A stretch of DNA of 64,000 nucleotides, taken from NCBI GenBank assembly GCA_965277805.1, contig OZ255842.1, positions 3,488,001 to 3,552,000 on the forward strand, given 5' to 3'. Positions 47,294 to 58,041 of this stretch are shown piece by piece. The stretch is from Candidatus Lustribacter sp. GTDB taxonomy: Bacteria; Vulcanimicrobiota; Vulcanimicrobiia; Vulcanimicrobiales; Vulcanimicrobiaceae. The notes under the pieces are model-generated. The model saw only the letters and a list, made by a program, of their open reading frames with translations, searched no databases and had not been told where the DNA came from. Position numbers and translations under genes: made by a program. Position 1 is the first letter of the stretch. Each line of letters opens with the position of its first letter.

Positions 47294-50200
47294 GTGCAGC
47301 GGGTTGAAGGCGGGTTCATCTATTCGGCGTCGGATCTCAACAACGATCTGGAGTGCCGCCGCTTAACCTGGCTCGAGAACCAACTCGCGTCGGGGCTGTG
47401 GGTGCGGCCGGAAACGGGTGCGGCCGTCGAGCTCATCGCCGGCAAAGGCGACGCGCACGAAGCGCGCTACTTCGACGATCTGCGGCGGCTGCACGGCGAC
47501 GCGATGATCGTGTTCGAAACGCGGCTCAAGGATTACACGCTCGCGGAGATGGCGGCGGCGGAAGCGGAGACGCTCGCCGCAATGGCCAGCGGCGCGCCCG
47601 TGATCTATCAAGCGACGTTCTTCGACGGCACGTTTCTCGGCCGCACCGACTTTCTGCGGCGCGTCGAGACGCCGAGCGAACGCTGGGCGTGGAGCTACGA
47701 GGTCATCGACACCAAACTCGCGCTGCACGCCAAAGCGCACTTTCTCTTGCAGTTATGCAACTACAGCGAACACGTCGCGCGGCTGCAAGGCACGATGCCG
47801 GCCTACGGCTATCTCGTGCTCGGTTCGGGCGCGGAAGCACGCTTCCGCATCGATGACTACCTCGCATACTACCGCCACCAGAAGCGCAGTTTTCTTGCGC
47901 GCGCGGCGCAGCCGGTGGAAGCGTATCCGGCGGAGATCGGCCACTGCACCGTCTGCCGCTGGGCCGATTCGTGCAACGCGCAGCGCGAAGCCGATGACTA
48001 CCTCGGTATCGTTGCCTTGATGCGCCAGAGCCAGATCGATAAGCTCAGCGCGAACGGCATCACGACGATCGGCGCGCTCGGCGCCGCGGACGACGAGCAG
48101 CGCCCGTTCGGCATGATCGAAACGACGTTCAACACGCTGCGCGCGCAAGCGCGGCTCCAGCACATTCAGCGCACCGAAGATCGCCTGCTGCACGAACTGC
48201 TCGAACACGAGGAGCGCCGCGGCTTCTCGCTCTTGCCGCCGCCGGCCGAGGGCGACGTCTACTTCGATATGGAAGGCGATCCGCTCTACACGCCCGAGCG
48301 CGGGCTCGAATACCTCTTCGGCGTGCACCTCGGCGCGAGCGATGAGTACCGGGCGTTCTGGGCACGCGATTTGAGCGCAGAGCGCGCGGCGTTCGAGCAG
48401 TTCATCGACTTCATCGTCGAGCGGCGGCAGCGCTATCCCGACATGCACGTCTATCACTACGCGCCGTACGAAACGACCGCGCTGCGGCGGCTGATGGGCG
48501 TCTACGGCACGCGCGAGGCGGAACTCGACACGCTGCTGCGCGGCCAGGTCTTCGTCGACCTGTATGCGGTCGTGCGCCAGTCGGTGCGCATCTCGCAGCC
48601 GAGCTACTCGATCAAGAAGCTCGAACCGTTCTACGGCATGGTGCGCAACACCGACGTCAAGCGCGGCGACGATTCGATCGTGCAGTTCGAGACCTGGCTC
48701 GCCAACGGCGACGAGGAGATTCTCCAGGACATCGAGCGTTACAACGAAGACGACTGCCGCTCGACGTGGCTCTTGCATCGCTGGCTCCTCGAGCGGCGCG
48801 CAGAACTCGAGCGCACGCTCGACGCGGAAGTGCCGTGGCGTGAGCCGCCTACGCCGCCGAAACCGGATGAACCGGCGCCCGGCGACGAGCTTGCTGCCCG
48901 GCTGCTGGCCGATCTGCCGGAGCTGCGCACCAATGCCGACTTGCGCGCGGCGGACGAAAGCGCTCGCGCGCGCTGGCTGCTCGGCCATCTCTTGCAGTAT
49001 CACCGCCGCGAAGCGAAGCCCGGCTGGTGGAAGATTCACGATCGTCACGAGAATGCCGATCGCTTGATGGAATTCGATCATGAAGCGATCGGCGAGCTTT
49101 CATGGTGCGCCGACGTCAAGCCGTACAAGGCCAAGGCGAACGATCGGAACCTCGTCCACACCTACACATTTCCGGATCAGCTGTACAATCTCGGCCGTGG
49201 CAGCGTCTTCTGCCCCTACACCAAACAAGGTGCCGGCGAGCTGATCAAGATCGACGACGACGCGAACCGTCTCGAGATCAAGCTGTCCAGCAAGATCGCG
49301 CCGCTCGAGCTGATCGCCCTGATCCCGGGACCGCCGATCCGCACGCACGTGCTCGAAGATGCCTTGCACCGCATCGCATCCGCGTACGAAAATGGGACGA
49401 TCGGCGAACGCTTCCCCGCAGCATTGGACATTCTGCTGCGCCGGACGCCGCGCTTGACGAACATCACCCCCGGCGCGCCGTTGCAGCCGCCCGAGATCAC
49501 GGGCGATGCGGTCGCCGCGCTCGTCGGCGCGCTCGACGGCAGCTATCTGTTCGTGCAAGGACCGCCCGGCAGCGGCAAGAGCACGACCGGCGGCGATGCG
49601 ATCGCGGCACTGCTCGGTGCGGGCAAGCGCGTCGGAATCGTTTCGCGCGGCTATGCCGCGATCGGCAACCTGCTCGACAAAGTCGAAGAGTCGGCCGTCA
49701 AACGCGGCGTCACGTTTGTGGGCGTGCACAAACACTCGGGCGACGAGCACGCGTACAAATCGGATTTGCCAGAACCGATGATCGTGAGCACCGGCGACAA
49801 CAACGCCTTCGTCAGTCAGGAGCACCAGCTCGCCGCCGGCACGCCCTGGCTCTTCGCACGCGAAGAACTCACCGGCAAATACGACGTGCTGTTCATCGAT
49901 GAGGCCGGACAGCTTTCGCTCGCCGACGCGCTCGCCTGCGCCGGCGCGGCGCGCAACGTCGTGCTGCTCGGCGATCCGCTCCAGCTCGCGCAAGTTTCGC
50001 AAGGCTCGCACCCGCTCGGCAGCGGACCGTCCGTGCTCGAGCATTTGCTCGGCGAGGATCATACCGTGCCGCCCGAACGCGGCGTGTTCCTCAACATCTC
50101 CTACCGCATGCATCCGGAGATCTGTGCGTTTATCTCGCGCACCGTCTACGACGGACGCCTGCGTTCGGCCGCCGTCACCGCGAACAACCGCGTTATCTCG

Positions 50201-50695
50201 CCCAGGCTGCACGGCGCGGGACTGCGCTATCTGCCGGTTGAGCACCGCGGCAACAGCCGCGAGTCGCCCGAAGAGGCCGAGCTGATCGCGACCGAAATCG
50301 ACGCACTCCTGAGCGGCAGCGTGGTGGCCGGTGCGAAACCCGAGCGGCCGATGACCGTCGAAGACATCCTGGTCGTCACGCCGTACAACGCGCAGCGCCA
50401 GCGCATTTCGCGCGCGCTCGCGGCGCGTGGTCACGCCGGCGTGCGCGTCGGGACGGTCGACAAGTTTCAGGGCCAGGAAGCGCCCGTCGTCTTTTATTCT
50501 ATGGCGACATCGAGCGGCGAGGACATGCCGCGCGACATGAGCTTTCTCTTCGAGAAGAACCGCTTCAACGTCGCGATCTCGCGCGCGCAATGTCTGTCGG
50601 TGCTGGTTTGCTCGCCGCAGCTGCTCGAAGTCCGTTGCCGGACGCCCTACGAGATGATGCTGGCCAGCCTGCTCTGCGCTTTCGTCCAATCCTAG
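47294..50695 (+). CDS. TM0106-family RecB-like nuclease fused to RNase H-like and SF1 (DNA2/UPF1-like) helicase domains
   Basis: SASDL, DFL...DTKLA, FDMEGDP, YSIKKLE, GPPGSGKS, DEAGQ, TVDKFQGQE, NVAISRA. Confidence 0.9.
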   Translation: MQRVEGGFIYSASDLNNDLECRRLTWLENQLASGLWVRPETGAAVELIAGKGDAHEARYFDDLRRLHGDAMIVFETRLKDYTLAEMAAAEAETLAAMASGAPVIYQATFFDGTFLGRTDFLRRVETPSERWAWSYEVIDTKLALHAKAHFLLQLCNYSEHVARLQGTMPAYGYLVLGSGAEARFRIDDYLAYYRHQKRSFLARAAQPVEAYPAEIGHCTVCRWADSCNAQREADDYLGIVALMRQSQIDKLSANGITTIGALGAADDEQRPFGMIETTFNTLRAQARLQHIQRTEDRLLHELLEHEERRGFSLLPPPAEGDVYFDMEGDPLYTPERGLEYLFGVHLGASDEYRAFWARDLSAERAAFEQFIDFIVERRQRYPDMHVYHYAPYETTALRRLMGVYGTREAELDTLLRGQVFVDLYAVVRQSVRISQPSYSIKKLEPFYGMVRNTDVKRGDDSIVQFETWLANGDEEILQDIERYNEDDCRSTWLLHRWLLERRAELERTLDAEVPWREPPTPPKPDEPAPGDELAARLLADLPELRTNADLRAADESARARWLLGHLLQYHRREAKPGWWKIHDRHENADRLMEFDHEAIGELSWCADVKPYKAKANDRNLVHTYTFPDQLYNLGRGSVFCPYTKQGAGELIKIDDDANRLEIKLSSKIAPLELIALIPGPPIRTHVLEDALHRIASAYENGTIGERFPAALDILLRRTPRLTNITPGAPLQPPEITGDAVAALVGALDGSYLFVQGPPGSGKSTTGGDAIAALLGAGKRVGIVSRGYAAIGNLLDKVEESAVKRGVTFVGVHKHSGDEHAYKSDLPEPMIVSTGDNNAFVSQEHQLAAGTPWLFAREELTGKYDVLFIDEAGQLSLADALACAGAARNVVLLGDPLQLAQVSQGSHPLGSGPSVLEHLLGEDHTVPPERGVFLNISYRMHPEICAFISRTVYDGRLRSAAVTANNRVISPRLHGAGLRYLPVEHRGNSRESPEEAELIATEIDALLSGSVVAGAKPERPMTVEDILVVTPYNAQRQRISRALAARGHAGVRVGTVDKFQGQEAPVVFYSMATSSGEDMPRDMSFLFEKNRFNVAISRAQCLSVLVCSPQLLEVRCRTPYEMMLASLLCAFVQS

Positions 50696-50727
50696 GACCC
50701 CGAAACGAGGGCGCCAAAGACCAAGCG

Positions 50728-51723
50728 GTGAGCCTGCGCAACATTCACCTGTCGATCGCGACAACCGATTACGACCATTTCCGGGACTTCCGTACCGGCG
50801 TCGTCAACGCGGAGGGCATCGACCACACCTGGTCGATGCACGGGCACCATGAGGTCTTCGCCCGCTTCACGCTTAACCGCGAGTGGGACGTCAGCGAATT
50901 GTCCTTCGCTAAGTTCGCGGCCCAAGTCAGCCGTGAAGATAGCGACATCATCGGGCTACCGGTGATCTGCTCGCGCCTCTTCCGCTTCAGCTCGTTCTAC
51001 ATCAACAAGAACAGCGGCATCAAGAAAGTCGAAGATCTGCGCGGCAAGAAAATCGGGTCGCCCGAGTGGGCGCATTCGGCCGCCGTATACATGCGCGGTT
51101 GGATGATGAATGACATCGGGATCCCGCTGCAGGACGTGCACTGGTATCAAGCCGGCGCCAACGCCCCCGGCCGCGAGGAGAAAGTCGAGCTCGATCTGCC
51201 CAAGGGCACGAAGCTCACGCGCATCGCCGATAAGTCACTGAGTGAAATGCTGGCGTCGGGCGAGATCGATTGTGCGATCATCGCGCGCCCGCCGACGTGC
51301 TTCCTCGAAGGCCACCCCGATGTCGTGCGCCTCTATCCCGACTATCTCGAGATGGAAGAAGACTACTACAAGCGCACGCACATTTGGCCGATCATGCACA
51401 TCATTGCGATGCAGAAGCACATCCTCGCCGACAACCCGTGGATCGCGCGCAGCCTCTACAACGCGTTCCTCGAATCGAAGCGCCGCAGCATCGAGCGCTT
51501 CATGGATCCGGCCGTTTCGCGCTATCCGCTGGCCTGGCTGCCGACGTACGCGCGCAAGATGCGCGACATCTTCGACGGCGATCCGTTCCCGTTCGGCATC
51601 GATGAAAACCGCACGACGCTCGAAGCGCTCACGCTCTACACGTTCCAGCAAGGGATCGCCCATCGCAAGATGGACCCGGAGGACATGTTTCCCAAAGGGG
51701 TCATGACGAAGGTCATTATTTGA
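50728..51723 (+). CDS. 4,5-dihydroxyphthalate decarboxylase-like protein
   Basis: DYDH...GVVNAEGID, DVSELSF, WPIMH, DPFPFGI. Confidence 0.85.
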   Translation: MSLRNIHLSIATTDYDHFRDFRTGVVNAEGIDHTWSMHGHHEVFARFTLNREWDVSELSFAKFAAQVSREDSDIIGLPVICSRLFRFSSFYINKNSGIKKVEDLRGKKIGSPEWAHSAAVYMRGWMMNDIGIPLQDVHWYQAGANAPGREEKVELDLPKGTKLTRIADKSLSEMLASGEIDCAIIARPPTCFLEGHPDVVRLYPDYLEMEEDYYKRTHIWPIMHIIAMQKHILADNPWIARSLYNAFLESKRRSIERFMDPAVSRYPLAWLPTYARKMRDIFDGDPFPFGIDENRTTLEALTLYTFQQGIAHRKMDPEDMFPKGVMTKVII

Positions 51724-52583
51724 TGCGTTTGGCGAGTTTTATCGCTAACGAACACCACAGCTATGGCGCCGTGTGGGATAACGGCGTCACCGATCTGGGC
51801 CAGCGCATCGGCGCAACGTACCCGACCCTGAAAGCCCTGATCGCCGCCGGCGCACCCGGACTCGCTGCGGCGCGCGCCGCCGGCGCCCCCGTCGATCTGC
51901 GACTTGGCGAGATCGAATACGTGCCGCCGGTTCCGGGCACGGAGAAAATCATCTGCGTCGGCATCAATTATCCCGAGCGCGCCGATGAGTACAAAGACGG
52001 TCGCGAAAAACCCAAATACCCGAACCTATTCGTGCGCTTTCCGGGCTCGTTCGTCGGCCACGACATGCCGATCGTGCGCCCCAAGCATTCGGATAAGTTC
52101 GATTACGAGGGCGAGATCGTCATCGTGATCGGCAAGAGCGGACGCAACGTTCCGCGCGAGAAAACGCGAGACATGGTGTTCGGCCTAACGCTCGGAAACG
52201 AAGGCAGCCTGCGCGATTGGATCCGGCACGGCACGCTCAACGTCACGCAGGGCAAGAATTTCGACCGTTCGGGCAGCATCGGTCCGTGGATCGTGCCGGC
52301 CGGCGAGGTTCCGCCGTTTCAACCATTGCACCTCACCACCTACGTGAACGGCGAACTGCGCCAAGACGATACCACCGACCGCCTCACCTGGGATTTCGCG
52401 GAGCTAATCCGCTACATCACGATGTTCGCCACGCTAAACCCGGGCGACCTGATCTTCACCGGCACGCCCGTGGGTGCGGGCGGCCACCAGAAACCGCCGA
52501 AGTGGCTCGTACCCGGTGACGTCGTCGAAGTGTCGGTGCCGCAGATCGGCACCTTGCGCAACGCCGTCATCGACGAAGCCTGA
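51723..52583 (+). CDS. fumarylacetoacetate hydrolase family protein
   Basis: CVGINY, DYEGE, GKNF, TGTP.G. Confidence 0.9.
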   Translation: MRLASFIANEHHSYGAVWDNGVTDLGQRIGATYPTLKALIAAGAPGLAAARAAGAPVDLRLGEIEYVPPVPGTEKIICVGINYPERADEYKDGREKPKYPNLFVRFPGSFVGHDMPIVRPKHSDKFDYEGEIVIVIGKSGRNVPREKTRDMVFGLTLGNEGSLRDWIRHGTLNVTQGKNFDRSGSIGPWIVPAGEVPPFQPLHLTTYVNGELRQDDTTDRLTWDFAELIRYITMFATLNPGDLIFTGTPVGAGGHQKPPKWLVPGDVVEVSVPQIGTLRNAVIDEA

Positions 52584-52618
52584 TCTCTCCTCACCTTCTT
52601 TCCGGAGCACGCATTGTT

Positions 52619-53371
52619 ATGAACGCCGTCGACCAAGCCCTCAACGATCTCATTATCGCCAACCGCATTCTCTCGAATGAAAACGTGGTCGACGCCTACG
52701 GACACATCAGCGTGCGCCACCCCGAGAATCCCAACCGCTACTTCCTCGCACGTTCGCTGGCACCGGATCTCGTGCAAAAGGACGACATCCTCGAGTTCGA
52801 CCTCGAGAGCAACGTCCAAAACGGCGACAAGCGGCCGCCGTATCTGGAACGCTTCATTCACGGCGCCATCTACGAAGCGCGGCCGGAGATCATGTCGGTC
52901 GTGCACGCGCATGCCGAAGAAACGTTGCCGTTCGGGATCACCAAAGACAACAAGACGCCCATCCGGCCGGTCATTCACTCCGGCAGCTTCCTCGGCGCGA
53001 ACATTCCGATCTGGGACATCCACGATCATTTCGGCGACACCAACTTGCTCGTCGGCAACGTCGCGCAAGGCCGCAGTCTCGCGAAACACTTGGGCGACGG
53101 CAACGTCGCGCTGATGGCGTGCCACGGCTTCGCCGCCGCGGGCCGCTCGATTATCGAAGTCGTGCGCATCTCGGTGTACTTGCCGCGTAACGCGCGCGTG
53201 ATGCTCAACGCGCGCCAACTCGGCACCGACCTGCGCTACCTCACCGACGGCGAAATCGCCGCGCGCAACAGCGGCTACAGCCCGTACTCGAGCGAGACGT
53301 GGCGCGCGTGGGAGTACTGGGCGAATCAAGCCGGCGTCGGCAAGATGCTCCACAAACCCGACGGCGTCTAG
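52619..53371 (+). CDS. class II aldolase/adducin family protein
   Basis: DAYGHISVR, ERFIHGAIY, VHAH, HG motifs. Confidence 0.88.
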   Translation: MNAVDQALNDLIIANRILSNENVVDAYGHISVRHPENPNRYFLARSLAPDLVQKDDILEFDLESNVQNGDKRPPYLERFIHGAIYEARPEIMSVVHAHAEETLPFGITKDNKTPIRPVIHSGSFLGANIPIWDIHDHFGDTNLLVGNVAQGRSLAKHLGDGNVALMACHGFAAAGRSIIEVVRISVYLPRNARVMLNARQLGTDLRYLTDGEIAARNSGYSPYSSETWRAWEYWANQAGVGKMLHKPDGV

Positions 53372-53377
53372 CGCGCG

Positions 53378-54214
53378 ATGAAACTTGCAAGCTACGTCGC
53401 CGACGGCGTGCCGTCGTTCGGCGCCGTAACCGGCGACGGCGTCGTCACGCTGAACCGCCGCCTCAAACAGCGTTACGCTTCGCTGCGCGAGGCGCTCGCC
53501 GGCGGCGCACTCGACGAAATCCGCGCGGTCGCGAAGAGCGCCGCCCCGGACCGCGATTTCGCCGGACTCGAAATGTTACCGGTGATCCCGCATCCCGGCA
53601 AGACGCTTTGCGTCGGCATCAATTACGGCTCGCACGCCGCCGAGCACGGCGGTGCGAAAGCCAACATCTTCACCAAATTCGATGACGTCCTCATCGGCCA
53701 TAACGGCACCATGATCCGTCCGAAAGCATCCATCCAGTTCGACTACGAAGGCGAGTTGGTCGTCGTCATGGGGCGCGGCGGTCGCGCAATTCCGGCGGCG
53801 AAGGCACTAGAATACGTTGCCGGCTACAGTTGCGGCTGCGACACCTCGGTACGCGACTTCATCGCGGCATCGCTTATTACGGGCAAGAACTTCCCGCAGA
53901 GTTCACCGGTCGGGCCATGGATGGTCACCACCGATGAGATTCCGGATCCCTCGAAGCTCACGTTGATGACACGCCTGAACGGTCAGGAAGTGCAGCGCAC
54001 CGGCGTCGACTTGCTGATCTACGACGTGCCGATGCTCATCGAGTACGTCTCAGCCTTCACGCCGCTGGCTCCGGGTGACATCATCTTCACCGGCACACCC
54101 GAAGGCATCGGCGCCAAACGAAAGCCGCCCCTCTGGATGAAGGACGGCGACGTACTAGAGGTCGAGATCACGAGCATCGGCACCCTAAGCGCGAGAGTAG
54201 CCGACGAACGCTAA
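53378..54214 (+). CDS. fumarylacetoacetate hydrolase family protein
   Basis: CVGINY, DYEGEL, GKNF, TGTPEG. Confidence 0.9.
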   Translation: MKLASYVADGVPSFGAVTGDGVVTLNRRLKQRYASLREALAGGALDEIRAVAKSAAPDRDFAGLEMLPVIPHPGKTLCVGINYGSHAAEHGGAKANIFTKFDDVLIGHNGTMIRPKASIQFDYEGELVVVMGRGGRAIPAAKALEYVAGYSCGCDTSVRDFIAASLITGKNFPQSSPVGPWMVTTDEIPDPSKLTLMTRLNGQEVQRTGVDLLIYDVPMLIEYVSAFTPLAPGDIIFTGTPEGIGAKRKPPLWMKDGDVLEVEITSIGTLSARVADER

Positions 54215-54229
54215 CTTTTTTTGTGGCGG

Positions 54230-55447
54230 TTAGGCTACGATTTGCTCGATCGTGCCGTCGGGCAGTTTGCCCTGGGCGCGGTATTGGCCGATGTGTTTGA
54301 GGACTTCGGAGTCGGTGACGGTGTAGAGCACCGCATCGGTCGCGCCGGTCGCGACGTGCTTGCGCCACGTGAACGGGGGCACGACCATGATGTCGTTGGG
54401 CTTCCAGTCGAAGCGCTCGCCACCGATTTCGCTGTAGCCTTCCCCGTCCATCACCACGATGAACGTGCCGCAGGTTTCGCGCTTATAGCGCAGCTCTTCA
54501 CCCGAACGGATCAGTTGCGCCGAGTAGTTCATCGTCGGGAACACCGCAGCGCCGGTGATCGGGTTGACGAACTGCATGATGATGCCTTCGTATGGATCGC
54601 CCGATTCGACGCGCAGTTTGTCGAGCGTCGCGCGCACGTCTTCACCGCGATAGTGGAACAGCGGCGCGGCCTTCTGTCCCCAGCCGCGCTGATGCGAAAC
54701 GAATGCCGGCTTCAGGCCGCCCGTGCCGTAGAGATTGTGCGAGTAGCCGCACGGAACGGTTTCCAGTTGCGAGGTGGCGCCGGGGCGATTGATATCCTCA
54801 TACGCCTGGTCGACCCACGCGCAGTCGAACATCTCCATCAACGGCCAATCGAGCATGTCGATCCAGATGACGGGCGTCGTGCCTTCGTTGCCGTGATCGT
54901 GCCAGGTGCCGTTGGGCGTCAGGATGAGGTCGCCGCGGCTGGCTTCGCAGCGCTCGCCCTCGATGTTCGTGTAACCGCCGTTGTCGGAAAGAATCGTGCG
55001 GCTGGCGTTGGGGCTATGGATATGCGCCGGCGCGATGTCGCCCGGATTGTAGATCGAGATCGCGCAGCGTATCGTGTTCGTCACTTGCAGACGGCCGCCG
55101 AGACCGGGATTGCAAAGCAGAATGCTCTGACGGTCGGCAAACTCGATCGGCGGAATGTCGGCCTTCGCCGCGATCTGCGAGATGCGGTCGAGGTAGGGAC
55201 CGTAGTCGGCCCACTTCCAGCGATACGGCAGCGCCTTGAGCTGGTTGGTTGCGACGCGGCCGGAGGTCTTCGCACCCGCGCCGCTCGTGTCGGAGAACCA
55301 TGCCTTTTGAGCCGGCGCGTTCATCTCCGTGCGCAGCCAGAAGTTGTGTTCCGCAGCTTCGAGATTGAGCTGCTCCATCAACTCGCGGGCTTTGACGGGA
55401 ACGACCTTGCGGCCGGTTCCCTCTTTCGGATCGATGACGGTGGCCAT
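54230..55447 (-). CDS. gentisate 1,2-dioxygenase-like bicupin
   Basis: APAHIHSPNASR, GDLILTPNGTWHDH, W.D.LD.P. Confidence 0.85.
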   Translation of the reverse strand: MATVIDPKEGTGRKVVPVKARELMEQLNLEAAEHNFWLRTEMNAPAQKAWFSDTSGAGAKTSGRVATNQLKALPYRWKWADYGPYLDRISQIAAKADIPPIEFADRQSILLCNPGLGGRLQVTNTIRCAISIYNPGDIAPAHIHSPNASRTILSDNGGYTNIEGERCEASRGDLILTPNGTWHDHGNEGTTPVIWIDMLDWPLMEMFDCAWVDQAYEDINRPGATSQLETVPCGYSHNLYGTGGLKPAFVSHQRGWGQKAAPLFHYRGEDVRATLDKLRVESGDPYEGIIMQFVNPITGAAVFPTMNYSAQLIRSGEELRYKRETCGTFIVVMDGEGYSEIGGERFDWKPNDIMVVPPFTWRKHVATGATDAVLYTVTDSEVLKHIGQYRAQGKLPDGTIEQIVA

Positions 55448-56232
55448 TATTGTGCTCCTTGCATGAACGTTTCGAGTGCGCGGTTGTACTCGTCCGGCCG
55501 GTCGAGGTTCGAAAGGTGCCCGGCGCCCTCCAGCTCGACGATCGTCGACCTGGGGACATCGGCGTGGATCTGACGGGACCCGGCCAGCATTGCATCTTTC
55601 GTTCCCACAATCACCAACACCGGCCGCTTTACCGCGGCCAAGCCGGGCTGATAGTTGAAGTTGGCGAGCGCCCCACAGCAGCCGGCGAACCCGGCGGGCG
55701 GGGTAGAGAGGATCATCTCCCGGACCTTGGGGATGAAGGGTGGCGCCTCAGGGGTGAGGGCGGTCGGGAACCAGCGGGTGAGCGTGGAGTCGACCAGGGC
55801 CGTCATCCCGGACTGCTGGGCGATCGCGATCCGCTCTTCCCACTGCTGGGTTGAGGCCGGCGTCGAGGCCGACGAGCAGTCGCAGGGCGCGACGCCGATG
55901 ACCCGGTCCGGATGCTGCTCGACGAGCCCGAGGGCCGTCATGCCGCCCATCGAGACGCCGGCAAAGTACGCCTTGTCGATCTCGAGCGCATCGAAGAGCC
56001 CGATGACGTCGGCCACCAGCAAATCGAACGTGTACGGCCCGGGCGTGACCTCGGTGCCGCCGTGACCGCGCTGATCGTAGCGCAGCACGCGGTACTTCGA
56101 TTTGAAGTACGCCGCTTGCGCATCCCACATGCCGACGTTCGTCGCAAGCGAATTGCTGAACGCAATCCACGGCGCGCCTTCGGGCCCGTCGACTTCGACG
56201 TTGAACGTAATGCCGTTCGCTTTGATCTTCAT
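55447..56232 (-). CDS. 3-oxoadipate enol-lactonase-like hydrolase
   Basis: FSNSLAT..MWD, YDQRGHG, GVSMGG, HLSN. Confidence 0.85.
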   Translation of the reverse strand: MKIKANGITFNVEVDGPEGAPWIAFSNSLATNVGMWDAQAAYFKSKYRVLRYDQRGHGGTEVTPGPYTFDLLVADVIGLFDALEIDKAYFAGVSMGGMTALGLVEQHPDRVIGVAPCDCSSASTPASTQQWEERIAIAQQSGMTALVDSTLTRWFPTALTPEAPPFIPKVREMILSTPPAGFAGCCGALANFNYQPGLAAVKRPVLVIVGTKDAMLAGSRQIHADVPRSTIVELEGAGHLSNLDRPDEYNRALETFMQGAQ

Positions 56233-56249
56233 TCGTTACCTTAAACGTC

Positions 56250-57029
56250 TCAGCGCGGCAGAAAGTTGAGCAGAAGCGCGAGCAGCCCGCTCGGATTGGT
56301 CGACGGCATGAAATGTCCGGCGTCGATCGCTTCGAAACGCGCGCCCGGAATTTGCGCCGCGATCGCTTCCGACCCCGCGACCGGACGCACGACGTCTTGA
56401 TTACCGCCGACCACCATCGCGGGACACGCGACCTTGCCGAGCGAGCCGCGTTTGTCGGTCGTCGCCAACAGCCGGAACGCGAGCGCGAAGCCGACCGGAT
56501 CGTTGCCCAGATAGCGGCCGCGATAATTTTCGTACGTCTCGCGGTCGGAAAGTTCGGGCGGGTATGAGCGGTCGAGCATCTGCGGCAACACGCCGCGAAT
56601 GCCCTCGCGTTCGGCTTGCGACGCGATTTTCTCGAGCGCTTCAGCGCGTGACGCATCGACGCCGGGCGCCGGATTGCAGAACACGAGCGACGCGACGTTC
56701 TTCGGATCGCGCTCCATGAACAGCAGCGCCTGCATGCTCGAGGCGGCGATCGACACCACGTTATACGGACCGGCAAGTTTCAGTGCACCGAGGAGCGCTT
56801 GCAGATCGTCGACGAGCGTGTCGAGCGTGTATTGCGCGCGCACTTTTTCGGACAATCCGAAACCGCGCTGATCGTAGCGGAAAACGCGATAGTTTTTGGT
56901 CAGCCCGGGGACGACGCCGTCCCAGCTGTCGAGCGTTCCGCCGAGTTCGTGCAGCAAGATCACGACCGGTCCGGCACTGCCCTCGAGCTTGTAGTAGAAA
57001 CTGGTTCCGTTGACTTCAATCCAGGGCAT
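56250..57029 (-). CDS. alpha/beta hydrolase fold protein with an atypical nucleophile elbow
   Basis: LHELGG, YDQRGFG, GHF; SIAASS where GxSxG is expected. Confidence 0.8.
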   Translation of the reverse strand: MPWIEVNGTSFYYKLEGSAGPVVILLHELGGTLDSWDGVVPGLTKNYRVFRYDQRGFGLSEKVRAQYTLDTLVDDLQALLGALKLAGPYNVVSIAASSMQALLFMERDPKNVASLVFCNPAPGVDASRAEALEKIASQAEREGIRGVLPQMLDRSYPPELSDRETYENYRGRYLGNDPVGFALAFRLLATTDKRGSLGKVACPAMVVGGNQDVVRPVAGSEAIAAQIPGARFEAIDAGHFMPSTNPSGLLALLLNFLPR

Positions 57030-57072
57030 AGGCGTACAGGATGGCGATGTGCATTCTCATAAGGTGAATATC

Positions 57073-58023
57073 GTGCTTGCGCGACGGATCGACCTTCATC
57101 ACCACTATTGTTCGCCCGAGTGGTTCGCGTACCTCACCGAACACCACGAAAAGAGCTATCCGTTTCCCGGGAACAAACGGTTGAGCACGTGGTCGGCGGC
57201 TGCGGGCGTCGAGGCGATGGACGAAGCCGGCGTGCAGACCGCGGTGCTTTCGACGACCACGCCGGGCGTCTGGTTCGGCAACGACGCCGATGCGCGGCGA
57301 ATGGCGCGCAACATGAACGACTTCGGCGCCAACATCGTGCGCGAGTATAGGGGACGCTACGGTCTCTTCGGCTGCTTACCGCTGCCCGACATCGAAGCGA
57401 GCCTGCTCGAGATTCCCTACGTGATGGATACGCTGAAGGCCGACGGCATCGGCGTGCTCTCGAGCTATGGCACGAAGTGGCTCGGGGATCCGTCGTTCGG
57501 TCCGGTGTGGAGCGAGCTCAACCGGCGCAAGGCCGTCGTGTTCAGCCACGCGACCGCGCCCGAGTGCTGCCGCACGGTCATGCCGGGATTCGATCCGACC
57601 ACGATCGAGTTCAACACCGATACCGCGCGCACGATCATCAACCTAATCGAAACCGGCACCGCCGAACGCTATCCCGACATCCGCTTCATCTTCTCGCACG
57701 CCGGCGGAACGATCGCCGCGCTTGCCGGCCGCTATTTGGGCACGCAGGTGGCACGCGCGACGCTCGCATCTGATGTGCCGCTTAACACGAAGCTCGGTCA
57801 GCTGCGCCGTTTCTATTACGACACGGCGGGTTCAGCGAACGCCGTCAACATGCAGGCACTCAAGATGATCGTACCGCCGTCGCAAATCGTGCTCGGCACC
57901 GACTTCCCATGGTTTACCCCGGCGACGATTCTGGCCGGCCTCGCCGATGCGGGATTGTCGGCGGATGAACTGCGCGGCATCGACTACGAAAACGCGCTGC
58001 GCATCTTACCCCAATACCGCTGA
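57073..58023 (+). CDS. amidohydrolase_2 family protein (decarboxylase/hydratase type)
   Basis: IDLHHH, SHAGG, YYDTA, GTDFPW; start could be 57064. Confidence 0.88.
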   Translation: MLARRIDLHHHYCSPEWFAYLTEHHEKSYPFPGNKRLSTWSAAAGVEAMDEAGVQTAVLSTTTPGVWFGNDADARRMARNMNDFGANIVREYRGRYGLFGCLPLPDIEASLLEIPYVMDTLKADGIGVLSSYGTKWLGDPSFGPVWSELNRRKAVVFSHATAPECCRTVMPGFDPTTIEFNTDTARTIINLIETGTAERYPDIRFIFSHAGGTIAALAGRYLGTQVARATLASDVPLNTKLGQLRRFYYDTAGSANAVNMQALKMIVPPSQIVLGTDFPWFTPATILAGLADAGLSADELRGIDYENALRILPQYR

Positions 58024-58041
58024 CCGAGGTATACTAGAACA

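Noticed and set aside
47753-50764. Long minus-strand ORFs (442 and 554 aa)
   Set aside because: Antisense shadows of the TM0106 gene.
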